Source of the DNA: Paramuribaculum sp.
Lineage (GTDB): Bacteria; Bacteroidota; Bacteroidia; Bacteroidales; Muribaculaceae
Length of the DNA stretch: 64,000 bases
Reading direction: 5' to 3'
Assembly (NCBI GenBank): GCA_022511125.1
Contig: JAFLSD010000009.1
Location: 5,026 to 69,025, forward strand
Shown: positions 28,345 through 38,473 of the stretch, piece by piece
Layout: each line of letters begins with the position of its first letter
How positions within the stretch are numbered: position 1 is the first letter of the stretch
Translations under genes and position numbers: made by a program
Notes under the pieces: generated by a model
Told to the model about the DNA's origin: nothing
Database searches by the model: none
The model's input: only the letters and a program-made list of their open reading frames with translations

Positions 28345-29136
28345 ATGGAAATAATCAAAGCTATAAAAGAGAGACGTTCAGTAAGAAACTATAATGGACA
28401 GCCGTTGGATCATGAGGCTCTGGATTATCTGCAAAGGGCTATAAATGATTCTTATTCTCTCTTTGGCGGCTCTGCGACAATTCGGCTTAAATCCTTTGAT
28501 CTGGAAGGCGACTTTAAGCCATCTACATACGGAGTGATCAGAGGCGCTTCCGACTTTTTCCTTGTAGGGATGGGAGAAGATGATGATTCTGCTCTAACTG
28601 CCGGATTTCAATTCGAACAGATAGTTTTGAAAGCATGGGACAAAGGATTGGGAACTTGTTGGATTGCCGCCACATTTAAAGGATCGCAATTCGACAAGAA
28701 TGAATCCTGGCCCGACGGAGAATCTCTCAGGATAATATCACCTGTTGGAATACCTAAAGAGAAAAATTTCTTTGAAAAATTTACGCGCAAAATGCTTGGA
28801 AGCGACAATAGAAAACCTATTACCGAACTTTTTTTCGAGACTAATTTCACAAAACCCATATCTCCGAAAAATAAGTTTTTTGACGCGCTTGCTATGTTGA
28901 GACTTGCTCCATCTTCTACGAATTCTCAACCATGGAGAGCTCTTGTGGAGGATAATAAAGTTTTGTTTTATTACATCCCGAAAAGTAAGATTTCAATTAT
29001 TGACTGTGGAATTGGAATCTGTCATTTTTATGAAACTGAGAAACTCGGGGGAGCTCAAGGTGAATTCGTAAAGGAATCTTCAGTTCCTGAAGCTCCAAAA
29101 AACTGGAAATATCTTATTTCATATCGGAGGGTCTGA
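28345..29136 (+). CDS. Nitroreductase-family flavoprotein (two-domain type)
   Basis: AIKERRSVRNY, GLGTCWIA, RLAPSSTNSQPWR, IDCGIGICHF. Confidence 0.88.
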   Translation: MEIIKAIKERRSVRNYNGQPLDHEALDYLQRAINDSYSLFGGSATIRLKSFDLEGDFKPSTYGVIRGASDFFLVGMGEDDDSALTAGFQFEQIVLKAWDKGLGTCWIAATFKGSQFDKNESWPDGESLRIISPVGIPKEKNFFEKFTRKMLGSDNRKPITELFFETNFTKPISPKNKFFDALAMLRLAPSSTNSQPWRALVEDNKVLFYYIPKSKISIIDCGIGICHFYETEKLGGAQGEFVKESSVPEAPKNWKYLISYRRV

Positions 29137-29151
29137 GTCAAGTCTCTTGTT

Positions 29152-30225
29152 TTATTCTTTTCTGCTTCTGACGCTTCTGGTTGCTGAAGATTGGGATCTT
29201 CTTGATGCAACGCGTTTATCAGCCTTCTTCTTTGAGGACGAACGGTTTATGGAACCTCTTGAACCTGAATTTTTCTTTTCGCCGGATTGACCTATAGTTT
29301 CGTTCGCCGTTATCTCATTGTCATTTATATCGGGAACCCATATATTTCTTTCAAACGACGCCAACCGGTTATCTATCGAATCTTGAGCTCTTTTACGTTC
29401 CTCTGGATCAGGATATAGCTCCATCATCGATTTGTTTCTTAGATTTCTGGTCTTATAAATTTCACCGTCATAAAGCCCTAAAGTAAAATAATCATCGAAA
29501 GTAGATGTGGGCGCATTGTTATCATCGTCTGTAAATATCAATTTATCTGTTAAATAAGGTCGCAGATCTTCATATCTCATCCAAAACATCGGATATTTAA
29601 CAGCTTCATAACCGAATTCCTCCGAACGATGCATCACGGGGCAGATCGCCTCTATACGTCTATGCATTCTCGTATCCCTACGATCCAACTCCCAACGTTC
29701 TATTATATAATAGGTTAAAATCTCATTTGACGGCATGTCTATCTCTTCTATATTAAATACCTGATGTTTCTCGGAATATCCTTTGCCTTCGGTATAATAT
29801 ATTTGGAAACGGTCCAGCATATCCTTAACCTTCAGTTTGTTATCTTCTGCATAGGATTCGCGGCCGTCCAGATACTCATAGGCATCAATTTCACCTGAAG
29901 CTAACAGACTGAGCATTAAACGAAATAAATTATAATCGCCATCAGATCCTTCCTCGGGAAAATAGAGAGCTGCATTTTGAGCTTTTGTTAAATCAAGTTG
30001 TCTGTAGACCACCTTCATCCATGCCAACTCTGAATCTTCAGCCTGACGCGTTTTGCTTCGGTCGATATTTCGCCTTGAAGTACCGGTTATCGAAGATGCT
30101 GAACCTGTGCCGTTATTATTCCTGTTTTCACGTCTGATGCCACTACTTCGGCTCTCTTGACAATACATATCGGACGCAAGACAGAAAACGGAGATTAACG
30201 CTATAAGTAACTTTTTATATTTCAT
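29152..30225 (-). CDS. porN: T9SS periplasmic ring component GldN/PorN
   Basis: WMKVVYRQLDL...NAALYFP, YYIIERWELD, IEAICPV, YPMFW. Last gene of the porK-L-M-N cluster. Confidence 0.9.
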   Translation of the reverse strand: MKYKKLLIALISVFCLASDMYCQESRSSGIRRENRNNNGTGSASSITGTSRRNIDRSKTRQAEDSELAWMKVVYRQLDLTKAQNAALYFPEEGSDGDYNLFRLMLSLLASGEIDAYEYLDGRESYAEDNKLKVKDMLDRFQIYYTEGKGYSEKHQVFNIEEIDMPSNEILTYYIIERWELDRRDTRMHRRIEAICPVMHRSEEFGYEAVKYPMFWMRYEDLRPYLTDKLIFTDDDNNAPTSTFDDYFTLGLYDGEIYKTRNLRNKSMMELYPDPEERKRAQDSIDNRLASFERNIWVPDINDNEITANETIGQSGEKKNSGSRGSINRSSSKKKADKRVASRRSQSSATRSVRSRKE

Positions 30226-30239
30226 TGTTTTCGGTTATT

Positions 30240-31787
30240 TCAATTGACAATAATTTCTATTGGATTCAAAATTCTTTCTTTACCGTCTGGCCCGACAGCT
30301 TTTATACGGCTGATAAAGAAACGTTTCCCACTGCTCAAGCGTCTAAACGCTTCTTTTTGCCTGCTTGAAAAATTTGAACCGTCCGAACGTTGGAGCATAG
30401 CGTTTCCCATCGAGTCGAAAAATACTGTCTCAAATTCTTTGACTGTGAATTTCACATCTAAAATTCCGTCATCGATGGCTGCTTCCAGTCCTGGAGCCCC
30501 CATTAGATCAGTTTTCGCTATCGGCTTACCGCCTCTATATCTTCCGCTCCCCGACAGATTGATATATGCTGTGGGGTCGGGGAGGTTTCTGACTTTAAAT
30601 GTATGAGTCGAGATCACTTGATTTCTACCATTATTATCTGCCGATACGGTTACTGTTACTTCTTTACCTCCAGAAGTTCTCGCTATCCATTTCGATCCGT
30701 TTTTCACTATCGTCCCGCCGCTCATGGACGCTTTTATCTGATCTGGAAGCATCCCCGGTACGGCTATATCAATAGGATTATCTATTCCTGCATAAAGTAC
30801 ATTCATCATTGTTGGGGAAATTGTTGCTGAAGGCTCTATGACTGTGTATTCTGTCGAAAAGGGTTGCTGCGTTGTGGAGCCGTCACCCATTTTCACTTCA
30901 AGATAGCCGCTTAGCGTTTGTTTTCCCGCTCCAGAGGGGAAAAATTGGTAGTGTCCTCTTGACGAATCTATTTTCCTTCCGCCGATAAAAATTTCCGGCC
31001 GGGCTGTAGTGTCTACGGCACCTAATAATATATCTACCGAATAAGGAGCGCCTCTGACTATCACTTTAGATTGTGGTATCACAAATGCTTTAAGTTCGTT
31101 CACACGGAGATCGCCTGCGTCCACTGCCACGAGTAGAGATGATAGTGACTCTCCTTCGGCATAAAGTATGTCGTTCTGAAGCTTTGAAAGTAAAGTGATT
31201 GCAGCTACGACAGGTTGATTCTCGAATTTGAAATTTTCCCATGCTACCGGCAACCCGTTTTCTTTATTTCGAACATCAGATGTCGACAATAGATTTTCTA
31301 TACTTGCGCGTTTTACAGAGTCGGTCACATAATCCAGGACAGAAGCTTTAAACAATTCTACATTTTCTTTCAATTTCTTTCCCTCCGACGAAGATCCAAG
31401 CATCACGATAGATGCTGCATCTAAATTTTCTCGGTTTTTTATTTCTTCCGGATTCGCATCCTTTCCGTCTGCTTCCTTTATTATCAAGAATTTGAGAGAA
31501 TCTATTGTAGCATAGAGCGATTTCGCTTCATGGTGAATTTGGGAGGCTTTTGAATACCACTGTCCGGCTTTTGTCGGATTGGTCGTTGAAATTAAAGACA
31601 GTTCGTCAAGTATGGACTCATTCCTGTCTGCCACTGCAGAATTATTCTTTTTCAAGCCTTCATCCACTTGTGTGAAACCGTCAAGGACATCACTCGAAAC
31701 GTTCAAAGCCAGCATCGCGGTCAACACGATATACATCAGGTTGATCATCTTCTGCCTCGGTGACATTTGAGAATGAACGTTTGCCAT
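30240..31787 (-). CDS. porM: T9SS motor subunit GldM/PorM
   Basis: SPRQKMINLMYIVLTAMLALNVSSDVL, PVVAAITLLSKLQND, MMNVLYAGIDNPI. Confidence 0.95.
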   Translation of the reverse strand: MANVHSQMSPRQKMINLMYIVLTAMLALNVSSDVLDGFTQVDEGLKKNNSAVADRNESILDELSLISTTNPTKAGQWYSKASQIHHEAKSLYATIDSLKFLIIKEADGKDANPEEIKNRENLDAASIVMLGSSSEGKKLKENVELFKASVLDYVTDSVKRASIENLLSTSDVRNKENGLPVAWENFKFENQPVVAAITLLSKLQNDILYAEGESLSSLLVAVDAGDLRVNELKAFVIPQSKVIVRGAPYSVDILLGAVDTTARPEIFIGGRKIDSSRGHYQFFPSGAGKQTLSGYLEVKMGDGSTTQQPFSTEYTVIEPSATISPTMMNVLYAGIDNPIDIAVPGMLPDQIKASMSGGTIVKNGSKWIARTSGGKEVTVTVSADNNGRNQVISTHTFKVRNLPDPTAYINLSGSGRYRGGKPIAKTDLMGAPGLEAAIDDGILDVKFTVKEFETVFFDSMGNAMLQRSDGSNFSSRQKEAFRRLSSGKRFFISRIKAVGPDGKERILNPIEIIVN

Positions 31788-31796
31788 AATATCTTT

Positions 31797-32618
31797 TTAA
31801 ACTTTATTTTGAACGTTCATTGCGCGAAGCATATTTTCATATACCTCATTGAGTTTCTTCATATTTTCAGTAAGCTTGGCCGCTTCCTCTTGAAACACTT
31901 GGCTTCGCTCAGCCGAGCCTTCATACATTTTGTGCATTTCCGTCATACTTTTACCTGCGAACTCCAACGAACTGAGTTGTGATGAAGCTGTTTTCAGCTG
32001 AAGCTCGTAAATAGTGTTGAGACCTGCTATATTTCTGTTTAGGTCTGTCATCTGAGCTATATAATGTTGCATATTTTCATCGATCGACCTTACGCTTTCC
32101 TCCATTTTGGCCGCTATTTCGGTCGGTATAGGATTTACAACGGAAGAATGCATTGTCGGACTCGAACCCCTCATGGCTATCGGTGATGCAGTTTCATCAA
32201 TTGGAGCCGAAACAGGTTGTGCAAGTATCTGACCGTCCACTCTTTCATCTGAATTATCGAAGTCTGCGATAGAGTCAAGAGGTTCTGACGACGGTTGGGC
32301 AAGGATCGTACCCTCCATTTCGTCTTGAACTGCAACTGGATAAGGAATGGATCCACCGTTAAATTCTCCCTGAGAACCAGTGCGTTTTGAAGATTCATTA
32401 TAAGGCCGCTCGAACGCTGTCAAAATAAACATCAAAACTTCGGTTCCCATTCCCACAGCAAGAAGAGTATCGCCTCCTTTAACATGCAAGATTTTAAAAA
32501 GAGCTCCTAAGATTACGATCGCCGCCCCAATACTGTATGCGACATTGAAAAAGCGCTGGCCGCCCTCTCCCGACATGAATTTTTCCAACGACGATTTATG
32601 TTTTTTTATTTTGCTCAT
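31797..32618 (-). CDS. porL: T9SS motor subunit GldL/PorL
   Basis: FNVAYSIGAAIVILGALFKILH, GMGTEVLMF...AFE, and C-terminal coiled coil LNEVYENML.AM. Confidence 0.93.
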   Translation of the reverse strand: MSKIKKHKSSLEKFMSGEGGQRFFNVAYSIGAAIVILGALFKILHVKGGDTLLAVGMGTEVLMFILTAFERPYNESSKRTGSQGEFNGGSIPYPVAVQDEMEGTILAQPSSEPLDSIADFDNSDERVDGQILAQPVSAPIDETASPIAMRGSSPTMHSSVVNPIPTEIAAKMEESVRSIDENMQHYIAQMTDLNRNIAGLNTIYELQLKTASSQLSSLEFAGKSMTEMHKMYEGSAERSQVFQEEAAKLTENMKKLNEVYENMLRAMNVQNKV

Positions 32619-32624
32619 TATTAA

Positions 32625-34094
32625 TTACTTTTTCTTGTTTTTCTTCTGACCTTTGGAAAACCCTATATTTGTTCTCACACATCTGAAGCCGATATAGGAT
32701 CGTTGTTCGTTCTGATACTCCCACATTCTTACGTCACCTCTGATGTTATGGGCCGGATCTTTCCAAGAACCACCCCTAACTATCTTACGTTTCATTCTGT
32801 AAGGATCTTCAGGAGCTGCGTCATATCGATATTCCGGATTCAGATCGCTCGTCAGTTTGCTCACGCTTTCCGTGTAAGCCGTCGAAGTCCATTCACTCAC
32901 ATTCCCCGCCATATCATACAACCCGAAATCATTCGGAGAATATGAGCCGGCTTTAGAAGTTATCACATTACCGTCTTGAGCATAATTGCCTTCTTGCGGC
33001 TTAAAGTTTGCATAATAACATCCGTCATCTTCTGTCATGGGCAGATCGCCGTCCCAAGGATATTTATTGGCTGTTATTCCCGCTCTTGCTGCATATTCCC
33101 ATTCGGCCTCTGTCGGAAGACGGAACGGCTCAATATAAATACCGTCTTTCCCTAATGAACGTCTGAGAAGAGCCGTACGCCATGCTGCGTAAGCATTAGC
33201 TTGCTCCCAGCTTACTCCCACCACCGGATAGTCATTATAACCCGGATGAGAAAAATAAAGTCTTACGTAAGGTTCATTGTATGCATTGTCGAAATCATTA
33301 ACCCAAACCGTAGTATCGGGATAAACATTCACTATGTATGTGTTAACAAAATCATAATCACCTGATAGGCCTCTCGATATCGTCTGTCTGATGATCTCGC
33401 CGTTATCATCTATCCATGCTGTGTCCTTTGATATTATCGGCGTTTCAGTCGGAACCGGTTTGTCGGTATTATATTCTCTGAGTTTTGGGTTCAGACGGTT
33501 TTTACGCTTGACTGCCTCAGTCTGATTATAAATTTCATATCTGTAATTCAACTGTTCGTTGTCAAGCTCGCGCTGACCGGTTATCGGATTCGTACGGTAA
33601 AGACTCTCTATTGCTCTCGCTTCATCTTCGTCTGCCGTTTTCCAAGGTATAGGTTTCGACCAGTTAAGGCGTCGCGGTATTGGATTACCATCTCGGTCTT
33701 CTTCTATCACATAATCTTCATTACCGCCATAAGCCGGATCTGCAAGGCGTTCGCGGATGATTGAATCTCTCACCCAATAGACGAATTGCTTATATTCGCC
33801 GTTTGTCACCTCCGTCTCATCCATCCAGAAAGCATCGACCGAAATACCGCGGGAATCAGCTCTCATATTCCAGATTGAATCAGCTTCTTGCGGACCGGCT
33901 TTTATCGAACCACGGTCAATCAGAACCATCCCGTATGGAGCAGGTTCCGAACGGCTGTAGCTTGACAGGCCTCTTACTTCACCGCTTGAAATAGTATGAT
34001 TTGGAGCAGAACAACCAACCGTTATCATTACGGCTGTAGTTATCGCCGACAAAATAAAGATATGTCTATAATTATTTTTAATCATCTTCATCAT
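32625..34094 (-). CDS. porK: T9SS lipoprotein GldK/PorK (SUMF1/FGE-like fold)
   Basis: Lipobox TVGC, FWMDETEVTN, YPVVGVSWEQA, RLPTEAEWEYAAR, GLYDMAGNVSEW, GFRCV. Confidence 0.93.
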   Translation of the reverse strand: MMKMIKNNYRHIFILSAITTAVMITVGCSAPNHTISSGEVRGLSSYSRSEPAPYGMVLIDRGSIKAGPQEADSIWNMRADSRGISVDAFWMDETEVTNGEYKQFVYWVRDSIIRERLADPAYGGNEDYVIEEDRDGNPIPRRLNWSKPIPWKTADEDEARAIESLYRTNPITGQRELDNEQLNYRYEIYNQTEAVKRKNRLNPKLREYNTDKPVPTETPIISKDTAWIDDNGEIIRQTISRGLSGDYDFVNTYIVNVYPDTTVWVNDFDNAYNEPYVRLYFSHPGYNDYPVVGVSWEQANAYAAWRTALLRRSLGKDGIYIEPFRLPTEAEWEYAARAGITANKYPWDGDLPMTEDDGCYYANFKPQEGNYAQDGNVITSKAGSYSPNDFGLYDMAGNVSEWTSTAYTESVSKLTSDLNPEYRYDAAPEDPYRMKRKIVRGGSWKDPAHNIRGDVRMWEYQNEQRSYIGFRCVRTNIGFSKGQKKNKKK

Positions 34095-34100
34095 CCTGAT

Positions 34101-35114
34101 TTATAATATTCTGACGCTTTTTTGTCTATATTTTTTTTGTTTTATCACATCAAAAGTAACTGAATACCAAGCCAATAATTCATGCCCCCCGTATTTATAA
34201 CCATCAGGCGCCGAAGAGAAACCATGGTCATAACTGTAGGATAGATGGAACCCCTTGTATTCTATACCTGCAATAATCGTGCCCGTTTTCTTACTTCGCC
34301 ATCCAATGCCGGCAAAAAACAGATTTCTGAATTTTAATCTGACTGTTGCCTGCCATTGAGTCGATGGTTTCATTGCGGATAACATGAAACTTGGCTCTAC
34401 ATACCATAACGATTTTTTTACGGTTATATTGTATCCACCCCCGAAATAAAATGTCCTTTGGGCCGCTTCTCTCGTAACATAGCTGTAATTGTCGTTTTCA
34501 TCCTCTACATATCCCGTTCTTTTTATTGTAAATTTTGGATTAGTCAGATGAAGACCTGACGCTGAAATCCATAAATCTTTATAACTGAATAACAAACCTA
34601 TCCCGATATCAAACGACGTAGCATTGATACGCTTATAATCATACGATTCCTTATTTGCCACTTCTTGATTTTCATCTTCATTCCCAGAGTTTTCATTTCC
34701 AGAATCGGAACTGCCATTTTGTCCGATTTTACCTCTAATGATGCCGGGAGAAAGACCGAATGAAAGAAAACCGTTGCCAATTCTATAGCCTAACGATAAA
34801 TTCAAAGCGCCCCTCATCATATTGTCGGGAGTTCGCTTCACTCCCGTAAATTTCAATCCTCCACCAATTCTCAGATTGCCGAAATCATATCCCCCCTCCG
34901 CCAAAGCTGACAGATTTTCTGTTTTGTCAACAGAGCCGACACTATCTATACGCCCGTCTAAAGCTATTTTCAATGTGCCTGTAACTCCCGTCGCAGCCGG
35001 ATTATATAAAGATTGTAAATCAAAGTATTGACTTACAAATGGCATATCCTGGGCGAACATAAATTCTGAAGCCCAAATCAACATTGATACGAATAATATT
35101 ATTCTCACTCTCAT
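34101..35114 (-). CDS. porP: PorP/SprF-family T9SS outer-membrane beta-barrel
   Basis: Signal peptide ending in AQD, PFVSQYF....YNPAATG, SYSYD, GGHEL. Directly upstream of porK. Confidence 0.85.
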   Translation of the reverse strand: MRVRIILFVSMLIWASEFMFAQDMPFVSQYFDLQSLYNPAATGVTGTLKIALDGRIDSVGSVDKTENLSALAEGGYDFGNLRIGGGLKFTGVKRTPDNMMRGALNLSLGYRIGNGFLSFGLSPGIIRGKIGQNGSSDSGNENSGNEDENQEVANKESYDYKRINATSFDIGIGLLFSYKDLWISASGLHLTNPKFTIKRTGYVEDENDNYSYVTREAAQRTFYFGGGYNITVKKSLWYVEPSFMLSAMKPSTQWQATVRLKFRNLFFAGIGWRSKKTGTIIAGIEYKGFHLSYSYDHGFSSAPDGYKYGGHELLAWYSVTFDVIKQKKYRQKSVRIL

Positions 35115-35117
35115 CCG

Positions 35118-35837
35118 CTATTCGAAGTAAAATGTTATCACTATCATCTTCGATTTCACCTTTTTCAGAGAATTTGTAATTTCCATTCTGACGGGATCAT
35201 CAGCAAGATCTTTCCTCCTATGATCCAAAATGTCTGTCAGACCAAGACAGAATTTTATTTCTGGATTCCACTTGAAAAAAGGAAGATAAAAATCACAACC
35301 TACTCCAAAGGTCAGATAAACATCGGTTGATTTAAATTTCAAGAAATCTCTTTGCTTCTTTGACAGATCCACTGCTCCCATAAGACCGGTAGTTACATAA
35401 GGACGACTGTTCAGTAAACGCATGCCCGAGAATTTTATATCGAGCGGAAGAACCACGAAAGTTGACTTCATATTCTGGCTTTCATAACCTCCCAATGTCG
35501 TGTCCGCCATCTTAATTGTGCGGCTTCCATACCATAAACCGGGAGAAACACGAAGATTTAAATAATCGTTTAAACGGAAATCAATTAAACCGTTCACACA
35601 AAAACCGGGAGAATAAGACGGTTGATCCACGAACCATGTCCTGCCTCCTTCAGTAATAAAACCGTTATGAGTCACTGCTATGTCCTGAACATGCATGCCT
35701 ACAGAAAATCCCAAATGCCAGGCTTTTCCATCGGTATATGGCAAATGTTCGATGCCCCTATGCAGATTTATCGCGCCACAGAACGACATCGAAGCGAGAA
35801 AGACAGCCAGTACACATTCACGTAAATGTTTCATCAT
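35118..35837 (-). CDS. porT: PorT/SprT-family outer-membrane beta-barrel
   Basis: HLGFSVGMHVQD, PSYSPGFCV, LRVSPGLWYGSR, LPLDIKFS..RL.NSRPY, GVGCDFYLPFFK..PEIKFCLGL, terminal FYFE. Confidence 0.85.
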   Translation of the reverse strand: MMKHLRECVLAVFLASMSFCGAINLHRGIEHLPYTDGKAWHLGFSVGMHVQDIAVTHNGFITEGGRTWFVDQPSYSPGFCVNGLIDFRLNDYLNLRVSPGLWYGSRTIKMADTTLGGYESQNMKSTFVVLPLDIKFSGMRLLNSRPYVTTGLMGAVDLSKKQRDFLKFKSTDVYLTFGVGCDFYLPFFKWNPEIKFCLGLTDILDHRRKDLADDPVRMEITNSLKKVKSKMIVITFYFE

Positions 35838-35895
35838 TTTCAATAACGGAATTTCTTCTGTTTTATTATATCCCGCCCCCAACTTCTTCACCTCA

Positions 35896-35903
35896 CAAAC
35901 TTA
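35896..35903 (-). promoter_or_regulatory. -7 promoter box (TAAGTTTG) for porT-porP-K-L-M-N
   Basis: Plus-strand caaactta, about 58 nt upstream of the porT ATG. Confidence 0.55.
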
Positions 35904-35939
35904 CACCCCGGTTTTTCATCTTCTTTCGCTACTTTTTAT

Positions 35940-35947
35940 TAACTTTG
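35940..35947 (+). promoter_or_regulatory. -7 promoter box (TAACTTTG) for mlaE-mlaF-metF...
   Basis: Consensus match followed by CA, about 31 nt before the ATG at 35979. Confidence 0.65.
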
Positions 35948-35978
35948 CATTAAGAATATCAAAGATATAAACCTGGAA

Positions 35979-36728
35979 ATGTTTCTTACTAAATCGATAA
36001 GTTCATTCGGACATTATTGTCTCTTTATCCAAAGAGTGTTTTCCAAACCTGACAAATGGAAAATATTTTTTAGCCGCACCATCTTCGAAATTACTAAACT
36101 TGGAGTAGATTCGATTCCACTCGTTATGATTATCTCCATCTTTATTGGAGCGGTTATTGCAATACAGATGCAGCTCAACATTTCGTCGCCATTGATTCCT
36201 GCCTATTCGGTTGGCTTGGCGACACGCGACATCGTACTTCTCGAATTTTCCAATTCGATTCTCTGTCTTATCCTTGCGGGAAAAGTAGGTTCCAATATTG
36301 CTTCCGAGATAGGAACGATGAGAGTTACAGAGCAAATTGACGCGCTTGAGATTATGGGCATCAACTCATCTAACTTTCTCGTGCTGCCTAAAATCGTGGG
36401 ATTTGTTTTTTTCATGCCGGTGCTCGTAGCATTCTGTATCGCTACATCACTTTTTGGCGGATTCGCTGTGGCATTGTTCACCGACATTATTACCGTCTCT
36501 AAATATACCTACGGACTTCAGGCACTGTTTCAGGAATGGTATGTCTGGTATGGCCTTATCAAATCCCTTTTCTTCGCTTTCGTTATAGCTTCGGTCTCTT
36601 CATATTTCGGATATTACGTCCGCGGAGGCGCTCTCGAGGTTGGTAAAGCCAGTACTAATGCCGTGGTAACAAGCAGCATCATGATTCTTTTGCTTGACGT
36701 AATACTCACTAAACTCTTGCTGCAATGA
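35979..36728 (+). CDS. mlaE: MlaE-family lipid ABC transporter permease
   Basis: AGKVGSNIASEIGTMRVTEQIDALEIMG, VLPKI, GGALEVGKAST.AVV. Confidence 0.93.
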   Translation: MFLTKSISSFGHYCLFIQRVFSKPDKWKIFFSRTIFEITKLGVDSIPLVMIISIFIGAVIAIQMQLNISSPLIPAYSVGLATRDIVLLEFSNSILCLILAGKVGSNIASEIGTMRVTEQIDALEIMGINSSNFLVLPKIVGFVFFMPVLVAFCIATSLFGGFAVALFTDIITVSKYTYGLQALFQEWYVWYGLIKSLFFAFVIASVSSYFGYYVRGGALEVGKASTNAVVTSSIMILLLDVILTKLLLQ

Positions 36729-37495
36729 TCGAAGTAAAAAATGTAACAAAGTCATTCGACGGCAAGACTATACTTCACGATGTTAGTGCCGTTTTTGAAA
36801 CCGGAAAAACAAATCTTATCATTGGTCAGAGTGGATCCGGTAAAACGGTTTTGATGAAGTCTATCGTCGGGCTTGTTCGTCCCGAAGAAGGAGAAATACT
36901 CTTTGATGGCAGAGATCTCATGAAAATGGATATCGAACAGACCAAAAAATTACGCGAAGAAATTGGAATGCTTTTCCAAGGATCGGCGCTGTTCGATAGC
37001 GAAACCGTTCTCGGAAATGTCATGTTTCCGCTCACAATGTTCACTAATATGACTCCGGCCGAGATAAAAGATCGTGCTGAATTTTGCCTTGAAAGAGTTA
37101 ACCTACAAGGTGCTGACGATAAATTCCCCTCAGAAATTTCCGGAGGTATGCAAAAGAGGGTTGCCATTGCCAGAGCGATAGCACTCAATCCTAAATACCT
37201 CTTCTGTGACGAGCCTAATTCAGGATTGGATCCTAAGACATCAATATTGATCGACGAGCTGCTGAGCGATATAACTCACGAATATAATATCACCACCATC
37301 ATCAATACTCATGATATGAACTCCGTTCTTGGTATAGGTGAAAACATCATCTTTATCAATAAAGGATACCGTGAATGGGTTGGTAATATGAATGAAATCT
37401 ATCAGTCAACAAACGAGGCTCTAAACGAATTTGTGTTCGCTACCGATCTTTTCCAGAAAGTGAAAGACTATATCATACATAATTCGCATCGTTAA
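36725..37495 (+). CDS. mlaF: MlaF-family ABC ATPase
   Basis: GQSGSGKT, LFQGSALFDS, ISGGMQKRVAIARA, DEPNSGLDP. Confidence 0.92.
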   Translation: MIEVKNVTKSFDGKTILHDVSAVFETGKTNLIIGQSGSGKTVLMKSIVGLVRPEEGEILFDGRDLMKMDIEQTKKLREEIGMLFQGSALFDSETVLGNVMFPLTMFTNMTPAEIKDRAEFCLERVNLQGADDKFPSEISGGMQKRVAIARAIALNPKYLFCDEPNSGLDPKTSILIDELLSDITHEYNITTIINTHDMNSVLGIGENIIFINKGYREWVGNMNEIYQSTNEALNEFVFATDLFQKVKDYIIHNSHR

Positions 37496-37515
37496 GTAAC
37501 GGAGACACCGCAGAT

Positions 37516-38469
37516 ATGACTATCCCCGATATAATTAAATCGAAAGACAAAGGGTTTTCAATCGAAGTCCTCCCCCCTTTAAAAGGAAAAGGCATCGGAC
37601 AACTTTTCGAAAATATCGATCGACTAAGAGAATTTGACCCTTCTTACATTAACATCACCACCCACAGAAGTGAACTCGTTTACCGTTCGACGGCAAACGG
37701 TTTATACCAACGTGTTACTGAAAGGACACGACCTGGAACGGTTGCTGTTGCAGCGGCTATCCAACAACGCTACGAAATCCCTGCTGTCCCCCATATTATC
37801 TGTAGCGGATATTCTAAACTTGAGACAGAATACGCTCTGATTGATTTAAGTTTTCTCGGAATTACCAACCTGTTGGTTCTTCGAGGCGACAAAGCGAAAC
37901 ACGACAGCAGGTTCACTCCAAACGAAAACGGTCATTCACATGCAAATGAACTCCAGCAACAGATACGTGATTTCAACGAAGGTCGTTTCATTGATGGTAC
38001 GGAAATGGATATTGTTGCGGAAAATCCATTCGACTATGGGGTTGCGGGCTATCCCGAAAAACACGAAGAATCGCCTAACCCGGATATCGACCTCTTCTGG
38101 CTGAAACAAAAGGTGGATATGGGTGCAAGCTATATCGTAACCCAAATGTTTTTTGATAACGACATTTATTTCGCCTTTGTGAAAAGATGTCGTGAGGCTG
38201 GCATTACGGTGCCTATCATTCCGGGTATCAAACCTTTTAGCACCATTAACCAGCTCACCATTCTGCCTAAGGTCTTTCATGTCGACATTCCTTCTGATTT
38301 GGCTAAAGCTATTATGGCATGTAAAGACGATAATGAAGCCAAAGCCGTTGGTGTCGAATGGTTCACGGCCCAGATGAAAGGGTTGTATGCCGGAGGGGTT
38401 CCTTCTGTACATATTTATTCTCTTAACGCGACCAAGAGCGTGGAAAAGGCGTTAAAAAATATCTTTTAA
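37516..38469 (+). CDS. metF: Methylenetetrahydrofolate reductase
   Basis: SIEVLPP, LVLRGD, VAGYPEKH, KQKVDMGA.YIVTQMFFDN, PIIPGIKP. Confidence 0.93.
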   Translation: MTIPDIIKSKDKGFSIEVLPPLKGKGIGQLFENIDRLREFDPSYINITTHRSELVYRSTANGLYQRVTERTRPGTVAVAAAIQQRYEIPAVPHIICSGYSKLETEYALIDLSFLGITNLLVLRGDKAKHDSRFTPNENGHSHANELQQQIRDFNEGRFIDGTEMDIVAENPFDYGVAGYPEKHEESPNPDIDLFWLKQKVDMGASYIVTQMFFDNDIYFAFVKRCREAGITVPIIPGIKPFSTINQLTILPKVFHVDIPSDLAKAIMACKDDNEAKAVGVEWFTAQMKGLYAGGVPSVHIYSLNATKSVEKALKNIF

Positions 38470-38473
38470 GCTG

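Noticed and set aside
37936-38412. 158-aa ORF antisense to metF, and the many other 60-160-aa antisense or alternate-frame ORFs in the track
   Set aside because: They are nested in well-supported genes, with atypical composition and no family motifs.
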